DNA of 63,627 bases, filler included, from Neolecta irregularis DAH-3 (Eukaryota): assembly GCA_001929475.1 (NCBI GenBank). It is 5 parts of 5 records of this genome, joined end to end, with 100 filler letters (N's around TTAATTAATTAA, not from the genome) between each part and the next. Parts side by side here need not be neighbours in the genome. Positions count along the whole stretch, not along the records: positions 30,954 to 59,832 come from LXFE01004131.1; 4 more parts are not named here. The stretch is one strand, 5' to 3'. Position 1 is the first letter of the stretch, and each line of letters begins with the position of its first letter. A program made the position numbers and the translations under genes. Positions 38,770 through 50,763 of this stretch are shown one piece after another. Under the pieces are notes generated by a model. That model did not search any database. It saw nothing but the letters and a program-made list of their open reading frames with translations, and had not been told where the DNA came from.

Positions 38770-40237
38770 TTATGAACAAAAGAATTTTGCATTCTCATAA
38801 AACTCCAGCATTGGATTTTCGCCACTTTTGGTCAGCGTCTTTTCTGTTTCCGCCCATCGTTGTAGAAATTCCTTTTGTGTAGAAATTTTGTGACGGCCCG
38901 GCCTCACTATTTCTGAATAAACGTCCTTCAAGACCTCAAAGTTTGTTGGAAAAAAAATATCAAAGTAACCCTGGTGAACTAAATAGGTTGACACAGGAAT
39001 CATTTTCCGTTTGTATCGAGTTTGAACGACGGGTGCATTATACCCGTCAACGCTATCCGGCAGCTTGTAAAAATCAGACAGAAGTAATCGATGGTGTGTA
39101 AAGTATTCGCAAAGTATATCCAAAAATTGCAACAATTTCGTCGGTATATATACAGGTTTGGACAAATTGGGTGCAAAAGGGAGCTCCGCCTGTAACCTTC
39201 GAAGAAAGCGAGGGAGTCTAAACGGTGTGATTTTTTCCATGTTCATCCATCTCAAGATGAATGAATCCCTTACAGGCGTGTAAATTTCGTCGAATTCGCC
39301 TTCCTCGTCGATCACTACTTGTCCCTGATATGGTTGTTCCGAAAGCATATCGAATCGAACGACATCATGGGCAAAATTGTCCTATGGCTTAACGCTCTTC
39401 CTCCATTTATGACATACCAAGACTTCCATAGCCATGACAAAACAAGGTTCCATGACCTTTTGTTTCCACCCAAAGATACTCTGTTCGATAATCTCAATGT
39501 GAGCCTCATGGCCCGTAACTTTGCGTTGAATCTCAGCCAATGGAGCCGTAATTTCAACGACCCGGTATTGAGTTTTCTCGTATACTTCCGGTTCTTGGTG
39601 TTTTATATAATCCAGAATATTTTTCATTAATGTCCCCGTTCCCGCACCAATTTCATAAATGATTAAATCATAATAAGGAAAATCCGTCAATTTATACTGA
39701 GTAAGAAGATACCGAGCAACTGCTTCTCCGTAAAACGGCTAAGTGTTTAAAGGAAGAGTTGATTAATGAGAGCATACCTTGAACAATTCAGTTGGTGTAT
39801 GCCAAACTTGGCGTAGTGCATTATCTCCATAGCGATCCTCGAATTCTTCATACCGTTTTGCAAGAAGTAACTGAAATTCCGAACAGTCCTTTATTTCGCT
39901 GAATCGAAAATTGTCCGTGGTGAAAATCGTCGCTTTTTGAGAGAAGTAGCCATAATTCGGATTATATAATGAATCGTCTACTCTATAAATCGAGAAACCA
40001 GAGGAGAATACCAATAAAATCTCTCGTCAGTATTCTGACTTTTTTAGGTCTAGTTGTTCTGCGGGATAATTGCTGAGAGGTCACGAGTGGATATAGTTTC
40101 GAAAGCTCGACTGAATCTTTAATCAAATACGTCAATCCTGAACCGAGAGGTTGATAGTTCGACTTCGGTTCTTTTCCGGCGACAGAATAGGATCTACGTG
40201 AACATTGTTGGCAGATCCATCTGGTGGAGGTATTCAT
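38770..40237 (-). CDS. NDUFAF7: Mitochondrial protein-arginine methyltransferase (MidA/NDUFAF7-like)
   Basis: DFIDDSLYNPNYGYFS, WHTPTELF, YEIGAGTGTL, EVLDN and GYFDIFFPT. Confidence 0.88.
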
Positions 40238-40354
40238 GGTCAAATGTTGACGTTGAGAAATCACCCTCTATATATAAAACACCAACTTTTCAAAGCTAAA
40301 TCCATAAAATCAAGCTATCTCCTACAATTTCAATCTTACTCTTATATTTTTTCT

Positions 40355-42240
40355 TCAAAGCTTTTGTTCCGGCCATTGATATTGCCCAGAGTCTACAAGA
40401 TTTATAAGGGAGAAGAGAAGAGTGAGAATACATACCTCGAACATAGCCATAACTAGCAACAAACTCATCTAGGCACTGTGGACCTCGGCTTCCGTAAGGG
40501 TAGGTCTCAGGCTTGATGTCTTTGTGGTCATCGAGATAGTGTAAAAGTGGTGTGAAAATTCTGAAAATATATGAGGACAAAAGATAAAAAGTGAAATACC
40601 TCCAACTTGCATCAAGTTCATCGTCTCGGACAAAGTTTGAATGATCACCCTTGATAGCATCCAGAATAAGTGCTTCGTAAGCTTCCGGAATCTTCAAATC
40701 AGAGAATCGGCGCTTATAAGTCAAGTCAAGCTCAGTTGTTGCTGTTTGCATGCTCAAGCCAGGAAGTTTCGAGTTCATCTTGAGGTAGACACTAGAGAAT
40801 TAATTTGACATGTCGACTCCTAAAATTACGATTCATTAGGTTGAACACGGATTACTAGCTCATTCCTGGCAATATCCTTGAAGATTCCACTGGTTACTGC
40901 CTTGAATTGCACACGGATTTCAGTTTTTGCTTCATTCAATGCTACATGATTAAGCAGTGGAGCCATAAAAAAGTCATACCTTTTCCAGCCTTCACAATAA
41001 AAGGAACCCCATCCCATCGTTCATTCTGGATATACATGGTCAACGCGCAGAAAGTAGGGCATCGACTGTCTTTAGGAACTGATTCATCGTCTAAATAGCC
41101 CGGTTTCTTCCCATCCTCACTCTTTCCATATTGTCCGATTATGACATTCTTGGGATCGATAGAATGAACTGCTCTTAGAACACGAACCTTTTCATCACGA
41201 ATATCTTCGGCGGAGAAAGACAGAGGTCGTTCCATGGCGAGCATCGTCATTACCTGTAGAAGATGATTTTGCATGACATCTCGAATGATCCCGAATTCAT
41301 CAAAATATCCACCGCGGCCTTCCGTTCCAAAAGGTTCTTTGAACGTGATCTAAAGATTTACAACCTTAAGTGGAAAGCAAAAAATATACTTGGACGTTGG
41401 ATATATTATTATGATTCCAAGTTGCTCCAAAAAAGGTATTAGCGAATCGTAGGATCAATAGATTTTTGACCATTTCCTTTCCAAGGTAATGGTCAATTCT
41501 AAATGTCTGGCAAGTAAGTCAACTGATGATGATTGGAAATTGAACTTCTTCTTCTTTCCAAAGTGGACCCAAATTCTTTTGCAGCTCTCTTGAACTGTGT
41601 AGATCCTTTCCAAATGGTTTCTCCACCTAATAAAGTCAGGTACGATATGGAATCAATTCCATACAATCAATCTAGATATCCCCTTATCCGGATAGCAGTT
41701 CTTCTTTAGTCCTTTTGCGACGGAGGTGAAGACGTTTGGGGGAAGGGCCATATAAAAGATTCTGTTTCTTTCCTTTCGATCACCTTCTACTTGTTCAAGA
41801 TGTTCATTCAACCTGATGAACGCAGCGTCCTCGTCGTATTTCCCAGACACATACGTGCACAATTGAACGAATTCTTCGAGTTCGGCTGGGGTGCAGTACT
41901 TGATATTTGACCGTACTCGTGCGTGAAAATCTGTGTCGTTCATTTCAGTGCGTGCGTAACCGACAATATGAAGATCTTTTGGGAGGAAACCATTGCGAAA
42001 CTTGAGTCAAGATTATAGAAATTACAGTAGGGAAAGTATACGAGACCAAATAGAGCAGGGAACTAGGCTGTCAGGACGCCCAATCGGGACGGAATCAATA
42101 CAGTCTTCTTTTTTGCTAGGTCACCAGAAGCTCCTAAAATAACAATCGATGTGTTGGCCTTGAGTTCAACGGTTCTAAGGCGATTAATTTAAGGAAAATA
42201 ATGGAGAATACTCAAGTTTGTCATGGTCAGACCCGGGCAT
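40355..42240 (-). CDS. ZWF1: Glucose-6-phosphate dehydrogenase
   Basis: [42 protein letters not shown] and [10 protein letters not shown]; ten introns. Confidence 0.97.
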
Positions 42241-43385
42241 GGTGTTTGAAAGACAATCCTGACCAATGGGCCAAACCTGTATAGTATAGTTGCTCGGTGG
42301 TTAGTCGGATTGCGTCACAGCTTGTTTATGACGCGACCCCACACGCTGCTGAAACAAGCCGTTTGAAACTGGTATTGCATAAGAAATCAATAGTTTTTTT
42401 TTTAAATTCGATTTTCTAAGAGGAATCACTTGGGACCGATATCAGTAATGCACCCCTCTTCATTCGATAATCAGAAATTACAAAGATCAACTAGAACCAC
42501 TCTCTAGGGACTCAAGAATACCCCACAACCACCACCGGCGATCGCGTGCAGACACCCAGCTGAAATGCAGTGGCTTCGGGAGACAAGTAACATCGCGGAA
42601 GACCCCAGGAAGCAACCAATGTCTGGATGGGGGCATTGGTGGGTCGCACAGCCAATTCCGCCAAAGATGAAACCAATAGAGGCAGGATGAGGGCGTATAA
42701 GATTGTTATATAAATACTGCCTGGTCTGCTAGTCAGACCAGGCTTTAACAGCATAGTAATATACCTAGTTACTTTTCAAAGGCAACCATCGTATATCAAA
42801 TTATCCAACCCAAGTCTATTCAAGCCAACAGTCCGGACACTTTAAAGCTCACACACGCTAGTGTTTCAAGACTATTATCTTTCATGTTGTCGTATTTCTC
42901 TATTCACAGTGTTTTTTTATCCGCAAGCATCTATGAAAATGAACTGTAATTCAATCATGCCATAACTCGTCTCAAGATACTACTTTTCTAGCTGATATTA
43001 TTAATATCAAGCACCGGTATATGGTATATAAATAATTAAATGACAGGCAAACCTCGATCGATGGGTTATTCATAACCAATATCTTTAGAAATTGAAATTG
43101 TTCAGGTTGATGTCTAATATACTCGGTACAAGATACTATCAGATACTTGCTTTGTAATAAAAGAAGTTGACGAGTCCAAAACCGTGTCATCCGCTACAAA
43201 TTTTTGGATGAATTTATTCACAGGTAGTTCACGGTCACGGAGATATACCAAAGATCGCCAATGTGATTTGATTCAGAATTGATGGACAATATATCGGATA
43301 AATTGAAGGTCAAGAGAATCTTAATAGGGTGGAAAGAATACGTGTCTCGTCTCACCCACCTCGTTCTTTCTTCAACATCAAAAAA

Positions 43386-44578
43386 ATGGCATGCGGTTTA
43401 TCCAATATTTCTCAGATCGCCTCGGATGCATGTTCAGCGGTACTATCTCTATGTCTTCCCGAGCCCTCTGTTTCAATTAATCGAAAATCGTACAAGATAA
43501 TTCGGTTATTGGGCGAGGGGTAAATCTAATATAATAACAAATTTCTCACCTTTAGAGGATTCTCGTTTGTTTATCTTGTGCACGAGACTTGTTCTGGGAA
43601 TTTATTTGCGTTGAAGAAAATACGGTGTCCGTATGGGGATGTTGCTGATGCGATGAGGGAGGTGGATTCCTATAAAATGTTTAACCACAAGTCATTAATT
43701 CAGTGTGTGGTACTGGTTCCCTTTGGATGTGGGTTCACATTTAAGGACTTTAGTACGAATCAAGAACGGGATGGATCAAAATCGCTGTATATTTTATTAC
43801 CGTATTATCGGGTATGTGTGTTTTGATGGGGGGATCTCATTTGCAAAGCGGGGCAACCTCCAGGATGCAATCAATTCTAATTTGATCAACCGGACGGCAT
43901 TTCCCGAACAGGATCTGCTGCTGCTGTTCAGGGGGGTGGCACTGGCGCTGCTGGAGCTTCACGAGTACCGGATCAGCCCGCTCCCTGTGGAAGAGGATGA
44001 TGCGAATGGTTCGTCGCGGCCTTTGATGGCGAACACGAACGAAGGGGACCTTGTTCCGTATGCGCACCGGGACCTGAAGCCGGGTATTTCTTTAGCGCTG
44101 GGGGCGTCTGACAGTAGGAAATATTATGATTGGGGATGACGGGACTACGCCGATTCTGATGGACTTTGGGTCCCTTGTGCCGGCGCGGGTGACGATTGGC
44201 AGTCGGAGGCAGGCGCTTGAGCTGCAGGACACCGCTGCTGAGCAGTCTACGATGTCGTACCGGGCGCCTGAGCTGTTTGACGCGAAGACGGGGATGGAGG
44301 TGAGCGAGAAAGTGGATGTGTGGAGTCTTGGTGGGTGTCTGTTTGCATGCATGTTTGGGTACAGTCCGTTTGAAACGGAGGGCACCAGCATCCCGCTGGC
44401 GGTGATGAACGGGGCGTGGAAGTTTCCCGAGGCGCGGGCGGGCGAGTGGAGCGAGGGTGCCAAGCTGGTGGTGCGGCGGTGTCTGGTCGTGGATCCCAAT
44501 GCGCGTCCAGATGCGAGACAGGTGGTACGTCTCATCGACAGGGCGCTGGAGGGCACATCCATGCCTAGTGTTGACTGA
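43386..44578 (+). CDS. ENV7: NAK/STK16-family Ser/Thr kinase (start may be 43282)
   Basis: LLGEGGFSFVYL, ALKKIRC, PYAHRDLKPGN, ILMDFGS and STMSYRAPELFD. Confidence 0.9.
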
Positions 44579-44760
44579 ACTTGACCTGACTTGGAGTTGA
44601 GTGACTACTTCGACTTTCCTGACTGGCCTGACCTGACTTATGACCTGACTTATGACCTGACTGGCTTGATCTGACTGGCCGGCCTGACCGACCCGGCCTG
44701 GCCTAACTTTGACCTGAACAACTAGACTAACCTGGCTGACCTGTCTAACCAACCCGACCT
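44572..44760 (+). repeat. Low-complexity CTGAC/GACCT repeat tract
   Basis: Degenerate units such as gacctgactt and ctgactggc between ENV7 and LYS2. Confidence 0.85.
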
Positions 44761-44781
44761 CGTCTCTATCGCCTCCCTGCC

Positions 44782-47700
44782 ATGCCCTCTCCACTCCCCG
44801 CCGACCATCCCCGCCCGAATCCCCTCCGCACTTCACCCGCTGCACAGTCCTTCTCCCTCGACCAGCACACGCCGTCTTCTCTCCTCCTCGCCGCCCTTGT
44901 CGCCCTGGCACACCGTCTCACCGGCGACGACCACGTCTGCATCGCCACCAACACCCAGACTGCGCCCCACGTAGTCCTGCGAGTGCCCGTCACGCCAGCC
45001 CTGCCCTTCGCTGCCCTCCTCGCCCTCGTTGCAAACGCATACCCCAGCCTTCTGCATCTGCTCACACCCCAGCTCCTACAGAATGCCTCAGAGTCAATTG
45101 CACTACAACGTGCCCATGATCCGTTGCCTGCTGATCTTTGTCTCGGATTCTATACTTGCTCAGACACGCCATCTTGCCCCACAGATATATCCATTTTCGC
45201 CCAGAATACGCACCCAACCACACTACAAGTACACTACAATCAGCTTTTATTCTCCCCAGACCGCATAACCTACCTCGTACAACAACTCACTCAGATAGTC
45301 TACCAAGTCGCCCTCGATAGAAATCAAAAAGTTGGCTCAATTTCATTACTCACTCCTGCTCAAAAACTGCTTCTCCCAGATCCAACTGTCGACTTGCACT
45401 GGTCGCTCTTTCAAGGCCCAATTCAAGACATTTTTGCCTCTAATGCCCACAAACATCCAGATCGGACTTGTGTTGTGGAAACTCCACTCACAAAAGATAC
45501 ACCGTCCAGAATCTTTTCCTACCGCCACATAAATGAAGCTTCAAACATCGTGGCTCATCATCTCATCAACAAACAAATCAAAACAGGCGATGTAGTCATG
45601 GTATTTGCATACAGAGGTGTCGATTTAGTTATCGCAGTCATGGGCGTATTAAAAGCAGGCGCTACCTTTTCAGTCATCGGTCAGTCTTGCAATAAATTAC
45701 CAACTAATTGAAAAGACCCAGCTTATCCTCCTTCTCGGCAATGTATCTACCTCAAAGTCGCACAACCAGCCGGTTTAATCGTTCTTTTAAAAGCTGGAAA
45801 CATTCAAGATACAGTGAGACAATATATCACCGACGAATTGAACATTAAAGCTGAAATCCTAGCTTTGTATATTCAAGATGACGGCAAACTAATAGGACAA
45901 TCGGATTCCTTTTTTTCAAAAGAAATAAAATTTGCAAGCGTGCATCCGGGTATTGTCGTCGGTCCAGATAGTATACCCACATTAAGCTTCACAAGTGGAA
46001 GTGAAGGAATTCCGAAAGGCGTTAAAGGACGACATTTTAGTTTAACATTTTATTTTCCGTGGATGTCTCAAGAATTCGGGTTATCCCAGAATGACAAATT
46101 CACAATGTTGAGTGGAATAGCTCATGATCCTATTCAACGCGATAGTATACATATTCTGTGTTATGTTCTAATATTAGTTTTTACTCCATTGTTCCTTGGA
46201 GCTCAGTTGATAATTCCCACGGCCGACGATATTGGAACACCAGGACAATTAGCTAAATGGATGGCTAGATCCGCTGCAACAGTAACTCATTTGACACCAG
46301 GTACTCTTCTCCCCTTGTTCAACTAACACCTCTAGCAATGGGTCAGCTTCTTTCTGCTCAATGTGAAACTCAGATTCCGAGTTTACATCACGCCCTCTTT
46401 GTAGGTGATATCCTTACAAAACGAGATTGTCTTCGCCTTCAATCATTTGCCAGAAATTGTTCAGTGGTAAATATGTACGGAAGCACCGAAACCCAACGTT
46501 CTGTATCCTTTTTCCTGGTCCCGTGTTTATCTTCCGCCCCTACATTTCTCAATTCGCTAAAAGATGTCATTCCAGCTGGAAAGGGAATGAAAGATGTCCA
46601 ATTATTAGTTATTAATCGGAATGAACCGAGCCAACTTTGTGGAATTGGTGAATTAGGTGAAATTTATGTTCGAGCAGGTGGTCTTGCTGAGGGTTACCTG
46701 CAACTTCCAGACGTTACCAAAGAAAAATTTGTAGAAAATTGGTTTGTGGAAAAAGGATTTTGGAAGAATGAAGTATTTGGTAAAGAGTGGGAGGACCATT
46801 GGTTTGGTCCACGCGATCGGTTATATCGAACCGGTGATCTAGGACGATATCTACCCGATGGAAACGGTATTTCTCTTGCCTGTTGATATATTGACCCTCG
46901 AGTGGAGTGCTCTGGACGAGCAGACGATCAAGTGAAAATTCGAGGATTTAGAATTGAGTTGGGTGAAATTGACACTTTTTTAAGTCAACATCCATTTATT
47001 CGGGAAAACATCACACTTGTCAAGCGTGACAAGAAGAATGAACAAGATATTTTAATCTCGTACATTGTACTTGAACTAAAGTCGGATTTAAAAGGGCTGG
47101 TAGATGGCGATATTAATGATTTACAGGGTGATGGGATTATCCTCGATTTGAAAAAATATGAGAAATTGATCAAGGATGTCAAGGAATATTTGAAAAATAG
47201 GTTACCGTCCTATGCTGTTCCCACAGGTAGACCCCCACACCATTAATAATCTAATTGATTGTACAGTTATACTCCCGTTGCACCGGTTCCCACTTAACCC
47301 CAACGGTAAAATCGATAAACCCTCTCTTCCATTCCCTGATTCAATAACACTTACCTCCGAATCATCTTGCACAGAATCAAATTTAACCCCTACTCAACAA
47401 CTCATTTTCAATATTTGGAAGAATTTATTACCCCATACTCGCTCAATTTCTTTGCAAGATGATTTTTTTGAAATTGGAGGTCATTCGATTCTCGCTACTA
47501 GATTAATATTTGAAATTCGCAAGGAATTCGGGATCAACGAAATCTCCTTGCACTCCATCTTTTTAAATCCTACTATTAAAAGTTTAAGTCTTCAAATCGA
47601 TAATTTGGGGAATTCCGAAAAGAGTAGAAATGAATGTCAACAAGATTGCATTTTATACGCTGAAGATGCGCAGGAATTAGTTGACGGGTTGGATGATAGC

Positions 47701-49183
47701 TATGCCCCTGTTTCAATTACGCCTAAATTTCAAAATGTATTGGTTACCGGTTCCACTGGATTTCTAGGCGTCTTTATCTTACGTGATCTTGTTGAACGCA
47801 AGAGTGGAATCGGAAAGATATTCGCTCATGTTCGTGCGAAAAATGCACTAGATGGAATTACTCGATTAAGGAATAGTTGTTTGGCTTATGGTGTCTGGCA
47901 TGCAGATTGGCCTTTGAGAATTGAAGTTGTTACGGGGGATCTTACTCAAGAGCGACTTGGCGTTGATGTTGATACTTGGAGACAGTTGGCGGGAGCTGTG
48001 GATATTGTTATTCATAACGGTGCCTTGGTTTGCTTGTTTTTAATGTGTATTATTGACGGGTTAGGTTCATTGGGTGTATCCATATAGTAAATTACGAGCT
48101 ACAAATGTTCTTGGCACGATTGAAGCATTGTCATTTTGTTCTTTTGGTAAACCAAAGACTTTTATCTTTGTTTCATCAACATCGGTTTTGGATACAGAAT
48201 ATTATGTCCGATTGTCCGATACCGTTGTCGACCAGGGGTTTCCGGGAATCAGTGAAGATGACGATTTAAGCGGGTCAAAGACAGGTTTAAGCACAGGGTA
48301 TGCGCAGTCAAAGTGGGTTGGGGAATACCTTGTGCGAGAAGCTGGAGCTAGGGGACTTACTGGATGTATTGTCCGGCCTGGGTATATTACTGGAGATTCA
48401 AAATCTGGCGGTATATTTCTTCAAACTTTTGTCATTAATTCGCAGCAACAAATACTGATGATTTCCTGATGAGACTGATCAAAGGGTGTCTCCAACTCGG
48501 TCTTGCACCAGACATTCATAATTCTATCAACATGGTTCCCGTAAATCACGTCGCTCGAATCGTGACTGCCTGTTCCTTGAATCCACCAGAGTACTTTGGT
48601 GTAGCTCAGGTTACAGGCCACCCCCGAATGCGCTTCGATCAGTTATTTTCCATACTGTCGAGCTTTGGATATGATGTTGGTNNNNNNNNNNGTCGTGACT
48701 GCCTGTTCCTTGAATCCACCAGAGTACTTTGGTGTAGCTCAGGTTACGGGCCACCCCCGAATGCGCTTCGATCAGTTATTTTCCATACTGTCGAGCTTTG
48801 GATATGATGTTGGTCATACTGACTACATACCCTGGAAAGAAGCTCTTGAACGACACGTTTTCCAGGAATCAAAAAATAACGCTTTATACCCACTTGTTCA
48901 TTTCCTTCTAAACGATCTTCCTCAAAATACAAAAGCGCCTGAACTCGACGATATCAACACTCAAACTGCGCTAAGGAAAGATTTGCAGTATACAGGTGAA
49001 GACCTTTCACACGGCGCCGGCGTAGGAGAGGAGGATTTGGGAATGTACTTGGCTTATTTGAATGCCATTGGATTTTTGAGCGCTCCAACTTTGGCTAGCA
49101 AATTGAAGTTGCCGAGCGTTAGTATCGACGAGTCGATTTTAAAATCTCTTGAAAAGGTTGGAGGAAGAGGCGCAAAAGTTTAG
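44782..49183 (+). CDS. LYS2: L-2-aminoadipate reductase (A-T-R, NRPS-like)
   Basis: [45 protein letters not shown] (PCP), VTGSTGFLG and GYAQSKW. Contains a duplicated segment around a 10-N gap. Confidence 0.96.
48560..48811 (+). other. Assembly overlap duplication across a 10-N gap inside LYS2
   Basis: 48560-48681 is repeated from 48693 with an ACA/ACG difference. Confidence 0.85.
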
Positions 49184-49288
49184 ATTTGAATATAAATATA
49201 CGATATATCTCGCCTATTGGCAAATGAAACATGATGGTTATCTCGGTAACGTTTTAGTTCTAGTCAAGGACATTGTATATGCAGTCTC

Positions 49289-50380
49289 TTATTTGGTCCC
49301 TATACGCTCTCCAGTTTTGATAGCCCAATCCCAGAGCTTTTTTCGGTTTCCATCATTCATAACCCATTCTCCTGGTGTCAATGATTTTAGATTAGGTCCA
49401 TAAAAGTGCACGCCGGTAGAATGATCTTTTATTGCTAGATAAACTGCAACTTCCGCATAGTCGTCTGGCTTCTGTGCAATACCAGCCCTGGTAAGCAAAC
49501 GGGATGCGAATCCAAATATCCAATTAAACCCATTATTAGAGAGAACATTTGTTCCAACGATACCCGGAAAGAGATGGAGTACTCGGAGATTCGGATTGCG
49601 CTCAGCGAGTTCCTAAGTATGTTTCAAACAAGGTCAATACAAGTGAAATACCATTGCCATAGAGTCTAAGAAAGCACTATCTCGCAGCGCTTGCGCAAGA
49701 AATTTGACCCAATAATTCTTCAGAGTTTTGCTCAGATCTGGATCTTCTAAATCAACCTTTCCTCCTTTTGATGCTGGTGCAGCAACCCAGACTGAGGTTC
49801 CGTCTTTAAGGACAGGAAGAAGCTTGTAGGTAACAAGAAGACGACCCATACATTGGATTGTAAAGTCTTGTGCGAAACCCTTGAATGGTCAATGATAGAA
49901 CCAAATATTGAATACTTCGCATGTCAACGTAATAGATCCACCCGGCGGACTTCCAGCAGAATTGAACATATAATGTAAGCCCGTTGGTCCAAACTTCTTT
50001 TTCATCTCTGCAGCGAATCTTGAGTGAGAACAGGTGAGAAATCAACTGATTTACTTGTAAATACCGCTGATCAAGCTCAAGTCGACTTTCTCGAATTCCA
50101 TTTTGTTTTCCGCTTTGGATATTACAGATTCAGCTAATTTTTCATTTCTTCCAGCTATCGTAACCGCTGCACCGAGTGAAGATAATCGGAGAGCAATAGA
50201 TGCCTATTCGCATGAGAACGGTTCCCTACATTATATGTACGCCAATACCCTTACAGTTAGTAGAATATCTCAGAGACGGAGTACCTGTGTCCCACCAATG
50301 ACCAGAGCTTGTTTTCCAGCCAGAGAGACTTCTCTGTTTGCAGACTTTGCAGTGATTACTGCGACTGTAGTGGCGAACAT
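49289..50380 (-). CDS. Short-chain dehydrogenase/reductase
   Basis: ALVIGGTQ|GIG|ASIA Rossmann motif, VTIAGR, KVDLS and HLFPGIVGT. Confidence 0.85.
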
Positions 50381-50763
50381 TCTAGCAGTGGAGGACAAAT
50401 GACATCGCGGTACCCTCCTTTTTATGACCCCCCAGCTGGTTATTTTCTCAACCACAAAGGATGCAGGACATGTTCTGGTGGAAACTGTTTTGACAAGAGA
50501 AGAAAAGGTGTACAATTGACCCATTTTTAGGCGTGATTAGAGTTGGCAAATTTGCCATAGCTATCACAGTGACTTGAGCTCCTGTGCTTAGATATCGAGT
50601 GTTTTTAGAACAACGCAAGACTGTTTCTTGCTGTTATGAAAGATCAGAGGCATCCATATGGATACAGAACTTTTAGCGGAGATTAAATTTGACCAGGATA
50701 GAACTCGACGACTGATCTTACTCAAAATCTACACAACACCACTGTTGGTCCAACTTTGCCACT

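Noticed and set aside
43973-44911. Long antisense ORFs in the GC-rich islands (also 59877-60677)
   Set aside because: By-products of high GC and repeats, opposite well-supported genes.
44782-50380. NRPS-like gene plus SDR as a secondary-metabolite cluster
   Set aside because: The A-T-R gene is primary-metabolism LYS2, and its other neighbours are housekeeping genes.
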